Shown here piece after piece: positions 12,276 through 24,866 of a stretch of 64,000 nt of DNA. The position numbers and the translations under genes were made by a program. The first letter of the stretch is position 1, and each line of letters begins with the position of its first letter. The DNA is from Camelus ferus (taxonomy: Eukaryota): NCBI RefSeq assembly GCF_009834535.1, contig NC_045696.1, forward strand, positions 57,166,001 to 57,230,000. The letters run 5' to 3'. The notes under the pieces are model-generated. The model saw only the letters and a list, made by a program, of their open reading frames with translations. It searched no databases and was not told the origin of the DNA.

Positions 12276-15200
12276 ACTTCTAAAGAAGCTATGACTGCTT
12301 TGAGAAACCATTATTCAGGGAAACCAAATTTATTCCCAGCATCACTATTCAACTGCTAGAAGCCAGTTTCTTCAACAAAATGTTCCATTACAGTCCATCT
12401 GAAGTTATCATAAGGGAGACTTATCAGAGACACTGTTCGACCCAAAGGCTGGAACCCTGGTTAAAATCCCAAGATATGGCTGAATTTGCCTTTTCCCACG
12501 TGGAATGGAGCTATCATCTTGGCATGTCGTTTGCTAAGGATTTACATTTAGGAACTATGGGGAGTCCTTCTGATATTAAAAAAAAAAAAAAATCCTGTAC
12601 AAACAAAAGCATTAATGCACTTAATGAAAAAAAATTTGCATGATAAATTAACATCTTAAGAGGAAAAGAAAAAAAGCATGTTGTGACAGTAGAAAAAAAG
12701 ATTTATGGTAAACTATTTTTATAAATTGGGCCACACCTGACAATTTAAAAAATGTGCATTAGAAGAGTATCAGTGCATTTCAAAAACATTTGCCATACCC
12801 ATCTGAAAAAGAAAACAAAACCAGAGTTTTCTTCTCATCTATAACTTTCATTATACTAGGACATTACTGAATTCTTATGGCAAGTCTGATTAACATTCCC
12901 GTCTCTCCATAATATTTTACATCATTCACAGTCCTTGGTCATAATCAAGTACTGCCAGTACAGTAAATTATTCCTAACACAATTATTTACATTTCTGTCA
13001 CCTTCAGAACAAGTTGCTATTTTTAGTCACAAACAATGCTGGGTTGGGTCACCTCAAAGCATTTTTTCAGCCTGGCTTATACTCCGCAGGGGAGCTGACA
13101 ATAGGTTTGGGGAAACTAGGCTACAGGAACAATGCAGTTAGCTTTGAGAACTGATTTCACACACTCTGGTTTCAGTTTCTAAAGGGATATATTTTTAATG
13201 CTCCATTTGTATCCTTGTCTGCCAATTACACAGTATATTACTGTTTAAACCTAGTGGGGTCTTCAATTCAAAGGTGCTCTTGCAGCCTGACACTCAGAGA
13301 CCAAACTGGTCATTCTTTTCAGTCTGATTCAGTAAAACCTCAGTTAATGTTTTAGGAAAGGGATTCTGATATTTCTGATTAACAAGGGCTTTCATTAGAA
13401 AATACTTTTGGTTCAATACCTATTATTGAAAATCTTACAAAATATGGTGTTTTTACTGTCTGGGCTTTAGTCACCATTATGGACAACAGAAATATGTAGA
13501 GAGCTTAATGATACAAAATCAGTCATTTTGTCACTCATTAGGCTAAGTAACATCAGCCACAGGATTATGTCAACAGACGCCAAACACCTATTCCGTATTA
13601 ACAGTTCTTTTAAAAATATAATAAAGAATTTTAACATGATAAAAGGTATCTACAAAAGACAACAGAGAACTAGTAGAGGCAAACAAAATAAAGACACTAG
13701 TATCATTATTTAATGATTCTGGAAGTCAAGTCATAGGAAATGAATATAAGCAGATTCTGGGACCCATCCTATAATATATATGTTTCCTTCAAAAAGAAAC
13801 CTTTTTAAGAAAATTAATGGATTTGGCTTATTGAATTTTTATTATTCAAGGTCTTACCAGATTTGCATTTGTGTTTCTAAGAATTTACCATTTTCCTGAA
13901 ATCCAGGTTATTTTAATAGCCAAAAATAGTATTTCTGCTTGTTTTTTTTCAGTTTTTTTATTTTTAGTGAAATTGTTTTAGTGAAACTGTTTGAACATAC
14001 CTTTAAATGTTCTCAGTAATTTTGAGATGAGCAAATTAATCTTTAGGAAGAGATGATGGAAACAGTCGGAAAATATATACCAGGAAAGCATTTCTCAGAG
14101 TCCTTGAATTCTCTTGATTTCTCAAAAAAAGCCTCTCCACAAATCTCTCCAGACTCCTGTGAACAGCCTTAGGGTAAAAGAACCTGACTTGGAAATACAA
14201 ATATGATATATTAAATTATACAGTAAAATATTAAACTTGAGACCAGGATTTAGAAAACGCTGGTAGCCAAACTGCAGTGCACTATTTGTACCATCAGTTT
14301 CAAGAACCCAGTTTTCTGATTTTCTGAACAGATACTTTTCTATATTAAAAAAATTTTTTTAAAAACTCAAAGAGTATAATAATTTATTTTAGGAACAATG
14401 AAATTCAGCCCAAAGTGGCATCAAATTCAGTAAATATCTCTAAAGCCCCAATAAAATTCGCTTTAACATCCCTGGCCTCTATACAGTGGATGTAAACAGC
14501 AACCACCCTCCCCCACTCCGCCCACCCCAGTAATGACAATCAAAACTGTCTCCAGCCATTGCCAAAATTGCTCCTGGTTGAAAGCCACTGTTCCATATCA
14601 TTTGAAGAGAGACTAAGTTTGAATATGTAATATGTCCTGTATAAAATTAAACATCAAAAGTGCACAGTGACAAATTATTGTACCCAAAATTACATGCTTG
14701 GTTCATGTGCAATAAAATACTATTTTGGAGAAAAGCTTACATGAAATCAGTGAAAAATAACAACTCCTAGAATACTTTAAAGCATACAGGAAAAATACCA
14801 AAAAGGATAAGGTAGCATTTCACAGAAGTGCTTAAAACTCTGGCTTTAATGAATAGATTAAAAATGTATAATTAGCACATCAACTGGAAGTAAACAGGTG
14901 CTTCTGAAATGCTTGGAAAGAACAGGTTCTTTTAAGTAGTTTAAATATGTCTTTCAATATTGTTTTTATAAACCCTTTCATAAGGTAAGGGTAACTTCAT
15001 CCCACAAACTCCTGATTAGTGGAATACAAATTAATGAGGTTTTACTGTATGAAAATTATTTTTATAATTCAAGGAGATAGCAATAACAAGAATCTAATGT
15101 GGATGTGATTTTTCTCTTTGAATATTTCCGTTCTGTTGCACTGACTTTAGCAGACACACAAACACTCATACACACCACCACCACCACCACCACCACCATC

Positions 15201-16564
15201 TTATCATCATCATCTTTGGAAAATGAGTACTGTTGATCCATGTAATTTTTTACATCTCTCTTCTCTACTATTTAAATGTCTTGCCTCTGCACTCCTAACT
15301 TGGACAATGACAGAGAAAATGACTCTGAGCCTTAGTTGTCATCAAAATTACATGTTAATGTGGCATCAGACGATAAAGCTTGCAAACCACAGCCTGTACA
15401 AGTTTACCTTATCTCCTTATGACCCCTTAAAGAGATGAACCCTTCTTAGTGTCCCAGGAGAAAATGGGCCTTTGCCTTCTTTCATCAGTGAGAAGCTAGA
15501 AGTATTTGTTTCCCTGGTTCTAATAATATGAGCAATAATCCTTACCAAGAAATCTTTTGGAGGGAGGATGATTTATCATTCATTTTAATCCCCTACAAAA
15601 GCAGTACTACTGACTCTGCTTCCTACATTTCACCAAGACCCAGACATAGTGCCCCCATCATCATCAAGGTCATTGTCGGACTAACTTTGGAAACATGGTG
15701 ACAGAACTGACTGAGATGTTTTCTGATAATTCAGTCATAGAGCTAATTTTTCAAATCTTTCATATAGCTCTTAAACGATTCTCAATAAATCAGAATCCAG
15801 CTCTCCATTCCTCAAAGTTCTTAAGGGATTGTAAAAGAAGTCCCTTTTAATGTGAACCGTGTGTTCAATTTTAAAAGTATCATCTATCTGTTATCTTCAT
15901 TAAGGGATCACCATCGATTTGAGAAAGGAAAAGGAAAATAAATATTATGCCCAAGGTTGGTTAAAGAAGATTAAGATTAGTTCTTTGAGATACTTGGTTT
16001 TTAAATGTTGGCAGAAGGGGAAAATGAAGCAGACATAGAATAAAAGTCCTCTCCTTGGTTTAGGATCTTCGGGACAACCCAGGGGTACATCTGTGGGATT
16101 ACAGCCTAGCCCTGTGGGAAGACATTGTAACTTGACCACTTTTGTTCAAAAAGGGCAATGCCTAAAGGAGTCAGACGTTCCTGACAGGCCTTGCTCTCTG
16201 CATCAGGAGAAACATAGTAGCCTGCACAGCTTCTTCACCTCTGTCCTCTGAGGCCAGAATCCCACTTCTGACCAGTTACTGTTTCACATACACACTGCTC
16301 CAGGTGCTAGAAGTACTTGCCAGTAAGTCATGTATTTGGATTGCACCATTCCAGGGAGCATAGTTGTAGAAATTTGTTGTATATATTTGCAGACAACTAG
16401 CCCTGAAAGGACAAAATGCAGAGTAAGTAGGGTGTGACTTAGGAAAGAAGTACCAATTTGGTACAAGAGGGCTGGGGTAGAGCAGGACACAGGAGCCAGA
16501 GTGCAATGGAAGAAACTTCGATGAGGAACGGAGATACAGCTGACCTGTATACATTTATGTAGGG

Positions 16565-16715
16565 AAGTGATTCTCAGCTCTGGCTGTACATAAGAAATCA
16601 CCTAAGGAGCTTCTAAAATTCCCAATTACATCAAAATCTTTCAGAGTTGGAACCAAACATCATTTTTGAAAGCCCCCAAGATGGTTCCAATGTCCAGCCA
16701 AGGTTGGTATCTCTA
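16565..16715. mobile_element. MER5A-like DNA transposon fragment in the 3'UTR
   Basis: agtgattctcagctctggctgtacataagaaatcacctaaggagctt...ttccaatgtccagccaaggttg. Confidence 0.55.
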
Positions 16716-17697
16716 CTAAGGAAGACACATTTGTCTACCCTGGCCAGCATGTAAGCCCCACCCCTGCAGGGTCAAGGAAGGCAAGATATTGGAGATGCAG
16801 TATTGGCTGAATTGATACTTATTCTGTGTTACAACCCAAGACAAATGTTCTGTACAAATTTCTGACCAGGCAGTGTCCCATTAACTGTTAATAACACTGT
16901 CTTTGCGATTTTCTCCTATGTGACTTGGCCATTAATTATTCCAATTCAAACATCTAGGTTTTGATTGCCTCATACATGTGACATCGTATGACACCAGAGA
17001 TATCAAAAGAAATTCAACAGCATGTAAGGCTAAGTGGAAAACTAATTCTCAATAGTTAGATAATAGAAATTCTCAATCACTTACTAAGTCAGGTCCAAAT
17101 TTATTGTTCATTCTTCTTTTGGAGGAGATATGGGTACCAGGTACCTGTTCTGCTATAGATATACTTTACTGGACTTGATCATAGCAAGAAGGGAGAACAA
17201 CTCTTCCTTTGTGATTGTCATCTTAGCTCCCAGGGCCACTTGGATTTATTTTCTTAGTCACTGGGTATGTGCTTAAAGGGAGAATAATTTCTATAACTCA
17301 CTATGGCCTCCAGGGCCCTGAAAGAGCGCTTTCACTTTCAGAAAGGAAGAGTCAGCCTATCCAAGGCAATACTGGTCAACGAGAAAACTCAGAAGAGTTC
17401 TCCTCTCACGCTGCTCCCCTCTGGTATTGGCCCACCCTTCGCAACTGCAAAGCCAGAAGATAACTAGGTGGTGGTTATAGACAAGTGTACACAGGATTAA
17501 AATCTCTAATAACCTATAATTTTTAGTACTTAATTATGTGATGTTTTATTCTAGGAAATAAGAAACAGATGACATCATTGATGTATCTTTCATCTTCAGA
17601 ATTTTTGCATCTTTTCAGAAAATGACAAATTACTATTTTTCTGTTGCACTCAGCAATTGTGACTATACTTAAAATTCTTGTAGTCTGTAGAGATATC

Positions 17698-17703
17698 AAT
17701 AAA
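17698..17703 (+). terminator. Likely distal polyadenylation signal of STXBP5L
   Basis: AATAAA followed by attgtatatgtttgtacatag and further T/GT-rich sequence. Confidence 0.6.
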
Positions 17704-18182
17704 ATTGTATATGTTTGTACATAGATGCTCTCTTATGTTATGATGTCATGCACCACTAATGCCTTTTGCCAGGATTAAATATGGACAGAGGTAAGACTCT
17801 CATTTGCAACATGGTGAACCATGGTTTTGCAAACTATAATTTGTTTTTAAAAGGCAGGGAGATGGGTGGGGGAACAATGTACAGCATATTTATTTGAACT
17901 AAAACAGAGAAAGAAAAAAAAACACTGAACACAAGTTCCCATAACTCAGTTTTTACTAGAGTTTATCAATCTAAAATGGTAGAAATAGCCAAATTTTCCA
18001 TCAAATTGTGGAAATATGTAACTTTCTGTCAGAAGACTTTACAAATTTTTTGAGGATGTTAACTGCTATCACCTTTGGTGAAGTACAGATAAAGCTAAGT
18101 TTGGTGAGAGTGCAGCATAAGAAACTTAGGCTAAACAAGATATACTTAGAAACTCAACACTCATACTTTACTTCCTGCAGGC

Positions 18183-18187
18183 AAAAA

Positions 18188-18217
<30 letters not shown>
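18183..18217. repeat. A14(GAA)7 simple repeat
   Basis: Read directly. Confidence 0.95.
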
Positions 18218-18218
<1 letters not shown>

Positions 18219-18859
18219 GCTATTATAGTATTATGGGTGGGCTTATACCACCACCTACTGGTTATTATGGACATACATAAACTCAGCACCTCCAAATGTC
18301 CCCCAGAAAGTGTGTGCTCTCCTGCTCCCCTGGCTTTCATCTGCATGGCTAATTCTTTATAGCTATCTACACTGTGGCCTTAGCCAACTAACCTTATTCT
18401 TCCAAAGGCTGTCTAATTATCTCAGAAAAAATTTTCCACCACCGTTTCTCTCCTAGTTTTGGTTCCATATAAAAACGGAAAAGAACCAACCAACCCTAGG
18501 CTAAAGAATTTTTTTTATTGAAAGTACAAATAAAAAGATAGACCCTTTAAAAATTCAAATACCCAGTCTTCCCTTCAAAATTTTCTCAAAAGGATCCATT
18601 TTACCTCCTCACCCTCTTTGAATTACAGTCAAATCTGTATTCAATGTTTAAAATACTGATTTGACTTTCTTCCTTCCCTCCTTCTTCCCTTCCTTTCGCT
18701 CTCTTTTTTTTTTTCCCCCCATTCATTCAGTCCAAAAGTCAACCAACCTGAGCATACTGTTGACTGCAGCCCCATCTGCACTTGGAGCAGGGTGAGCAGG
18801 ACAGCCACAGGAGAGTGGAGTTGGAGTGAAGAGCAGGGTCAGCCCTCAGGTGGTTAGTA

Positions 18860-20090
18860 ATGGTGCCTGTGTGAGGAAGGCACTGGAACAAGGCAGAAGG
18901 CAGCCCAGCAGGTCAGGAGATTAAGGATTGAGCAATTAAGTAAATAAATCGAGGATACAGGAGTCAGGGTTCTCACTAATGGAGAAGTACAAATAGAAGG
19001 GAAAGAGAGAATAAACCATGCAGTACTGAATTAGAATTTGAACTATCAGTGTCTTGTAAAAATATTAAAATGCATATGTATGATGTAAAAAGGTGTGTAT
19101 CCTAATTCTGAACACTGAAAGGACTGGGAAAAAACCCCCAAGAGCAATGAGCATACCTTGATTTTGATTTCTAAACACTATACTCTGCTAAAAGGAACAT
19201 GGCTCCTTGAAGAAACAGCTGATTTCAAGGCTGGAATATGTTTTTATGCCAGAAAATATTCAAATCATGGGGATGTGTCAAAAGGACACAGAAGCCAGCT
19301 TGAAAGGACACATACAGGCCAAATCAGGGACAATATAAGTATCAAAAGTATTAATAGTTATTAAATAAAATAGGAACCCACGAATCTACATTGATGTTAA
19401 TTAATTAATTAGGAAAAGAGAAAGCTCTTCTTTACTATAGAATGTCAACCAATAAACGTGGATGGAATTTTAAATTTACTCTCTGGCAATCATCGTAGTG
19501 ATAATAACATGGCCAACAAATACCACTGGATGCTAAAACTAGTGGGTTAAAGCAGGATGGAGGAATAGGATATTTATATAGTCTCAAAGTATCTCCACAA
19601 AAAATACTTGTTTATCATAAAATATATAATTTTACACTAGGGAAATCTGGCAGGCACTATTTTAATCAAGTGATCAATGTTACCACAACCAGTAAGGAAA
19701 CATCATGTGCCATCTGACAACACATAATGAAAAGAACACAGCATTACCTCTGTCATAATCTGCCAAAAATGCACAACCTAGGTCTAATCATGAGGAAATA
19801 CTGAATAAAACCAAACTGAGAGACATTCTATAAAATGACTCCCCTGTATCCAACTTTTCATAAAAGTAGAGGAAAGATGCATGTTCCAGATTTAAGGAGG
19901 CTAAAGAGAGAGATGTGATAAGCGGGGTACAACATGTGATCTAGGATTGGACCCTTTTGCTATAAAAGACATAATTGGAGCAAATTACAAAACTTAAGTG
20001 TTGTTTCGCACCTGAGAGGGAGTCTTGTACTATTCCTGAAACTTTTATTTAGGTTTGAAATTATTTGAAAATAAAATTTAAAAAATAAAA
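18860..20090 (+). mobile_element. Old L1 3' region (L1MC/MD-like)
   Basis: aaaggaacatggctccttgaagaaacagctgatttcaagg, ctggatgctaaaactagtggg, aatcaagtgatcaatgtt, ctaatcatgagga, ending in aaataaaa. Confidence 0.65.
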
Positions 20091-20219
20091 ATATTTTCAT
20101 TTTTGTTGACTCACCGCATTTCAGTAACATTGTCTTCCACCTTTCATAGCAAATGGACAGCTGCTTTGTGGGTTAAAGAGTAGTTCTCTGAGCTGGTTTG
20201 CGAATCCAAACATTATTTA

Positions 20220-22195
20220 AGTTTTTTTCTTTTAAAAAATGTTTTAATTACACAAATAATACACGAATGCATACTTGTGTGACACCAAATAAATTCAGAC
20301 AAAAGTAAGTTTCCCCTGGTCGCCCCCTACCCTTGTCTGTACTAGTTATTAGTTGTTTCCTTCTACACATTTTCCTATGCTGCAACTTGCTTATTCATGT
20401 ACTTACTATGTCTTAGATACCTTTCCATGTCAATACTTAACTTACTTATATTATTGCATGGTGTCAATAAAGTATAATTTGTTACAACTACTCTAGTAGT
20501 AAACATTTAGATATTTTCCAATCCCTCCATATTACAAACAAAACTGCAGTGAACATTGTTGCACATGCATTCAGCACATATTCAAGTGTTTCTCCAGGGA
20601 AGATGCTGTGGAATTGAGTCAAAGGGTATGCTCCTTTAAACCTCTCAAATAGATGTTGCCAATTTAACTATTCTTCACGAGTATATAAGAACTATTATTG
20701 CCTTACATTTTCCTCCATTCTCACTCAATACTCATCTTTTAATTTTTTTCATAATCTGAGAGGTGAAAATGACATCTTACGGTTTTTACTGGAATTTCTA
20801 ATTGGTGAAATTAAACATCTTTTTATTTTTACTCTTCTTTGACTTATCTGTTTGTGATTTTTTACTATTTTCTCTGAATAGTTCTATTGTGGCAACCCTA
20901 CAGAACTAGACTGGACACCCTACCCAAAATTTGGTTTAGATGTTGAGACTGATATCACACACACACCCTTAAGAGGACATAGAAAAGATTAACTATTCAC
21001 ATAAAGAGGCTTTCTGGGGAGAGGAGGATGGCACCCAAAGTGGCCCAAAAATGGCTTGAGAGACGAAGATAAAGAGATTGGCTCAGGGGTTTTGTTGTGG
21101 GGGGGGTGGGGGCAAGGTTTGCAGGAAGAGGCTTGCACTGGAAAGAGAGGAGCACCCAGGCTCTCTTCTCAGCTCACTCAGATGTGGGGCAGAAGGGGAA
21201 AAGAGAAGGTGAGGCTTGAAACTTGTCAGCAAACATCAAGAGATGGAGTCAGATATTATAGGTCATTTGTTGTTCATTTTTATTATAACTCTGGAAATTA
21301 GTATAGTTACTTATTTTTTACAAATGATTTTCCTTTATTTTTGAGTTTTCCTAAGAAATTCTGGGTTTGGAGAAGTCTTCTGTGACCTCATGGTAAGGGA
21401 AGAGGGTGTTGGTCCTTGTGCTTCACTGTGTCCTCTGTGACCCCTTCTATAAGGGTAGTAGGTCTATTCTAGACCCTTGAGCACCTTTCACTGATTTGTG
21501 CTAAATTACAATTAGTGAACGTGTGCCTTGCTCTCTTGTTTCAGGCAGGGTCCTGTGGTCTCACTTGCTAACTCAGTCTCATCTAGGTTATGGATTCCTT
21601 TGGGGTTATCTATTCCCTTCCCCTAGGTTAGACTGTTCAGTATCTTGTTGTCATCACTTTTTCATATTGAAGATTTTTTTTCTTTTAATGCAGTCAAATT
21701 TTATCATCTTTTAGCTTTATGACTTTTGAACTTTGTTTAAAGGTCTTTACATCTATAAAATAATAAATAATCTCTTACATCTTCTTTAGTTTGGTTTTTT
21801 TTATATATTTAGGCTTTTAATCTATCTGGCATCTTGGTATTTTGATAAACGGGAAACATGTCACTATACCCTTATTTTTGAATGACTCATTCTTTCACCT
21901 CTAATTTGAAATGACATTTAAATCATTTCCCATATATATGCAAGTCTGTTTTCTAAATTCCTTAGACTTCCCAAGTAATCTATTTGTCTATTTCTGTGTT
22001 CTTATCAAACTGATAAATTATAATCTTTACAGTATGGCCTAATATTGATCTTTTTCAAGTTTAATAGGTAATTGAGGTTTTTTCACCTAGATGAGTTTCA
22101 GGATACTATCTATTTCAAAAAAAAAATTCCTATGGAGACTTTCATTGAAATTAAAGTAAATTTGTAGGTTAATAAATAAATTTTGCTCACATCAC
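20220..22195 (-). mobile_element. Degraded L1ME-like fragments (reverse), with an LTR-like insert at about 20888-21260
   Basis: Antisense L1 3' motifs (ctgcagtgaacattgttgcacatg, ggaattgagtcaaagggtatg, gtcaaattttatcatctttt). Confidence 0.5.
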
Positions 22196-22666
22196 TTCCT
22201 CTAGGACATCTTCATCTTTTCTGTCACAACCATTTTCCTCATTTATATTGATAATGTTGCCTTCACCACGTTCTTCAAGTTGCATATCTAGAATATCTCA
22301 AATGGCATCAGTGTCAATACTTCCACAGTCAACTATTTCTTCTGTAACTCTGTGTCCAGTTTGAATTTCACTTATAGTGTTGCCATTTTTCATTTCTCTG
22401 GTGTGCCTGTGTCTTAATTAGCCACTTTCCTCTTCTGATTACCCATTTTTATAAAATATCACATGGCTTTAACACTGGAAGGCCAGGAATCAACACTGCT
22501 ACACACTTTACTGTGTATAAAGTGAATGACAGATGTACAGTGACCAGTCATGGACAGACTTTGAAAGAAGTAATATAATTGGTAACTCATCATAATGGGT
22601 GTATTAGTTTCCTATTACTGCTATAACAAATTACTACAAACTTACTGGTTTAAAACAACACAAATT

Positions 22667-22795
22667 GAGGGGGAAGGGTATAGCTCAGTGGTAGAGCTCA
22701 CACTTAGCATGCACGAGATCCTGGGTTCAATCCCCTGTACCTCCATTTAAAAAATAAACCTAAATACCTCCCCCCATAATAAAAAAAAATCTTTT
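22667..22795 (+). mobile_element. tRNA(Ala)-derived SINE, camelid Vic-1-like
   Basis: ggggaagggtatagctcagtggtagagc (A box)...cttagcatgcacgagatcctgggttcaatcccc (B box), A-rich tail, short aattga flanking duplication. Confidence 0.8.
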
Positions 22796-23560
22796 AATTG
22801 AAGAGTGACATCACCAAGATGGTGACATAGGTCATTCCCAACTTCACTTCCCCTCACAAGAACTAACAACTATTCATGGACAAGACACCACAGAGAAAAT
22901 CCTAGAACATGGGGGTGAGAATGAAGCATCCCCTGCAGCACAGATAATGAGGCAGACAACATTAGAAGGACAAGAGGAGCTGCTACATGCTGACCACACT
23001 GCCTCTCTCCCAGGCCAGCACAGTATGAGTCTCACCTGAGCTTTCATTTCCTCCAGTGGGAAAAGAGATCCAGTGGACATCCAACTCTCCTAGCATTGTG
23101 GGTCCCTTCTTCAGAGTCCCACTTGGAGATGCAGGGGAATCTGCAAGGCTTGACCACTGGGAATCAGACTGTGACGAAGAAGGGAAGAGGGGCTTGCAAC
23201 AACTACCACTCAGATCTTGACAGACCCAGAGCCAACACACTGGTGCAGTCTGTCCAGGCAGCTGGGCAAGATGCAAGTCTGTCTGACTTGGGACCTCGAA
23301 GACTCTTTCCAGCCCTAAAGCCTGGTCTGCTTCCCCACCTTCCTGTCCCTGCCTCCCCAGGCAGGGGAGCAGAATCATAGCTCCACTCACTGCTCACTGC
23401 AGCTCCCCAGTCCTGCCTGACCAGAAAGCTTCTGGGTGCAATAATTACTTTAATGTAAATGTATTAAATTCTCCAATAAAAAGATACAGAATGGCTGAAT
23501 GGATTAAAAAAAAAAAAGATCCAATGATATGACACTACATGACACTCAATTTAGCCTTAA

Positions 23561-23800
23561 GGGACCGACTGGGAGTTCGAAATCTGTAGATACTGACAGG
23601 CATATGTAGAATAGATAAACAAGATTATACTGTATAGCACAGGGAAATATATACAAGATCTTGTGGTAGCTCACAGCAAAAAAGAATGAGACAATGAATA
23701 TAAGTATGTTCATGTAAAATTGAAAAATTGTGCTCTACACTGGTAATTGACACAACATTACAAACTGACTATAACTCAATAAAAAAATTAGTCCAAAAAA
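23561..23800 (+). mobile_element. Younger 5'-truncated L1 3' end nested in the older L1 ORF2
   Basis: atagataaacaag...tactgtatagcacagggaaatatatacaa...ctgactataactcaataaaaaaa; host ORF2 resumes at aagacacacacagact. Confidence 0.7.
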
Positions 23801-24582
23801 CAAGACACACACAGACTAAGACTATAGGGATGGAAAAAGATATGTCAAGCAAATGATAACCTCTCTTCCCAAAAAGGCAGGATTAGGTATACTTATATCA
23901 GACAAAATAGACCTTAGAGTAAAAATGATTAAAAAAAAAAGACAAAAAAAGATTATAATGTTAAAGAGGTCAATTCATCAAGAGGCTATAACAACTGTAA
24001 ATATTTATGCATCCAACATCAGAGTACCTATATAAATAAAGCAGAAACTAACAGAAATGAAAGGAGAAATAAACTGAAATTGAAATATAGTTGGGGACAT
24101 TAATACCCTACTCTCAACAAAGAATTTATCATCCAGAAAGAGAATCATTAAGGAAACAGCAGATATGAACAACACTATAGATCATATGGCTCTAATGGAA
24201 CATTTTAATATACAGAACTTTTTATCCAACAGCAGACTACAAATTAATCTCAAGCACAAATGGAACATATTCTAGATAGACCATAGGTTAGCCACAAAAC
24301 AAGTCTTAGCAAATTAAAGAGGACTGAAATCATACCAAGTATCTTCAATGACCACGATGGTATGAAACTAGAAATCATTAACAGGAGGAAAACTGGAAAA
24401 CTCACAAATACTTGGAAATTAAACGACACTCTCCAGAACAACCAATGGATCAAAGAAGAAACTAAAGGGGAAATAAAAGAGTATCTTGAGACAAATGAAA
24501 ATGGAAACACAATATGACAAAATTTATGGGATGCAGTAAAAGTTCATAGCAAGAAATGCCTACATTAAGAAACAAGAAAGAT

Positions 24583-24866
24583 TCACAGATACTGTGTACT
24601 TTACAAACCAAAGGTTTGTGGAAACCTTGTATTGAGCAAGTCTGTTGACACCATTTATCCAACAACATTTGCTCAATTTGTGTCTCTTTGTCACATTATG
24701 ATAGTTCTCCCAGTATTTCCAACTTTTTCATTATGACTGTACTTGTTATGATAATCTATAATCATTGACCTTTGGTGTTATAATTGCAAAAAATACAACT
24801 CGCTGAAGGCTCAGATGATGGTTAGCATTTTTTAGCAATAAAGTATATTTTAATTAAAAAAAAAAA
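24583..24866 (+). mobile_element. Tigger1-derived fragment with poly(A) tail nested in L1 ORF2
   Basis: cagatactg...aaggtttgtggaaaccttgtattgagcaagtct...gctgaaggctcagatgatggttagcattttttagcaataaag matches Tigger1 as recalled; ends in A11. Confidence 0.8.

Larger units (their letters stand above)
12276..17725 (+). other. STXBP5L: STXBP5L long 3'UTR (end inferred)
   Basis: Transposon-poor AT-rich stretch after the stop, ending at AATAAA 17698 followed by GU/U-rich sequence; a long UTR agrees with my recollection of the human mRNA. Confidence 0.6.

Noticed and set aside
22667..22746. Apparent tRNA-Ala gene (also at 38349 and 60613)
   Set aside because: Stem mismatches, A-rich tails and target-site duplications show these are SINE copies, not tRNA genes.
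22983..23390. 135-aa minus-strand ORF and overlapping ORFs
   Set aside because: They lie in a GC-richer L1 5'UTR where stops are rarer; no recognisable protein and no splice context.
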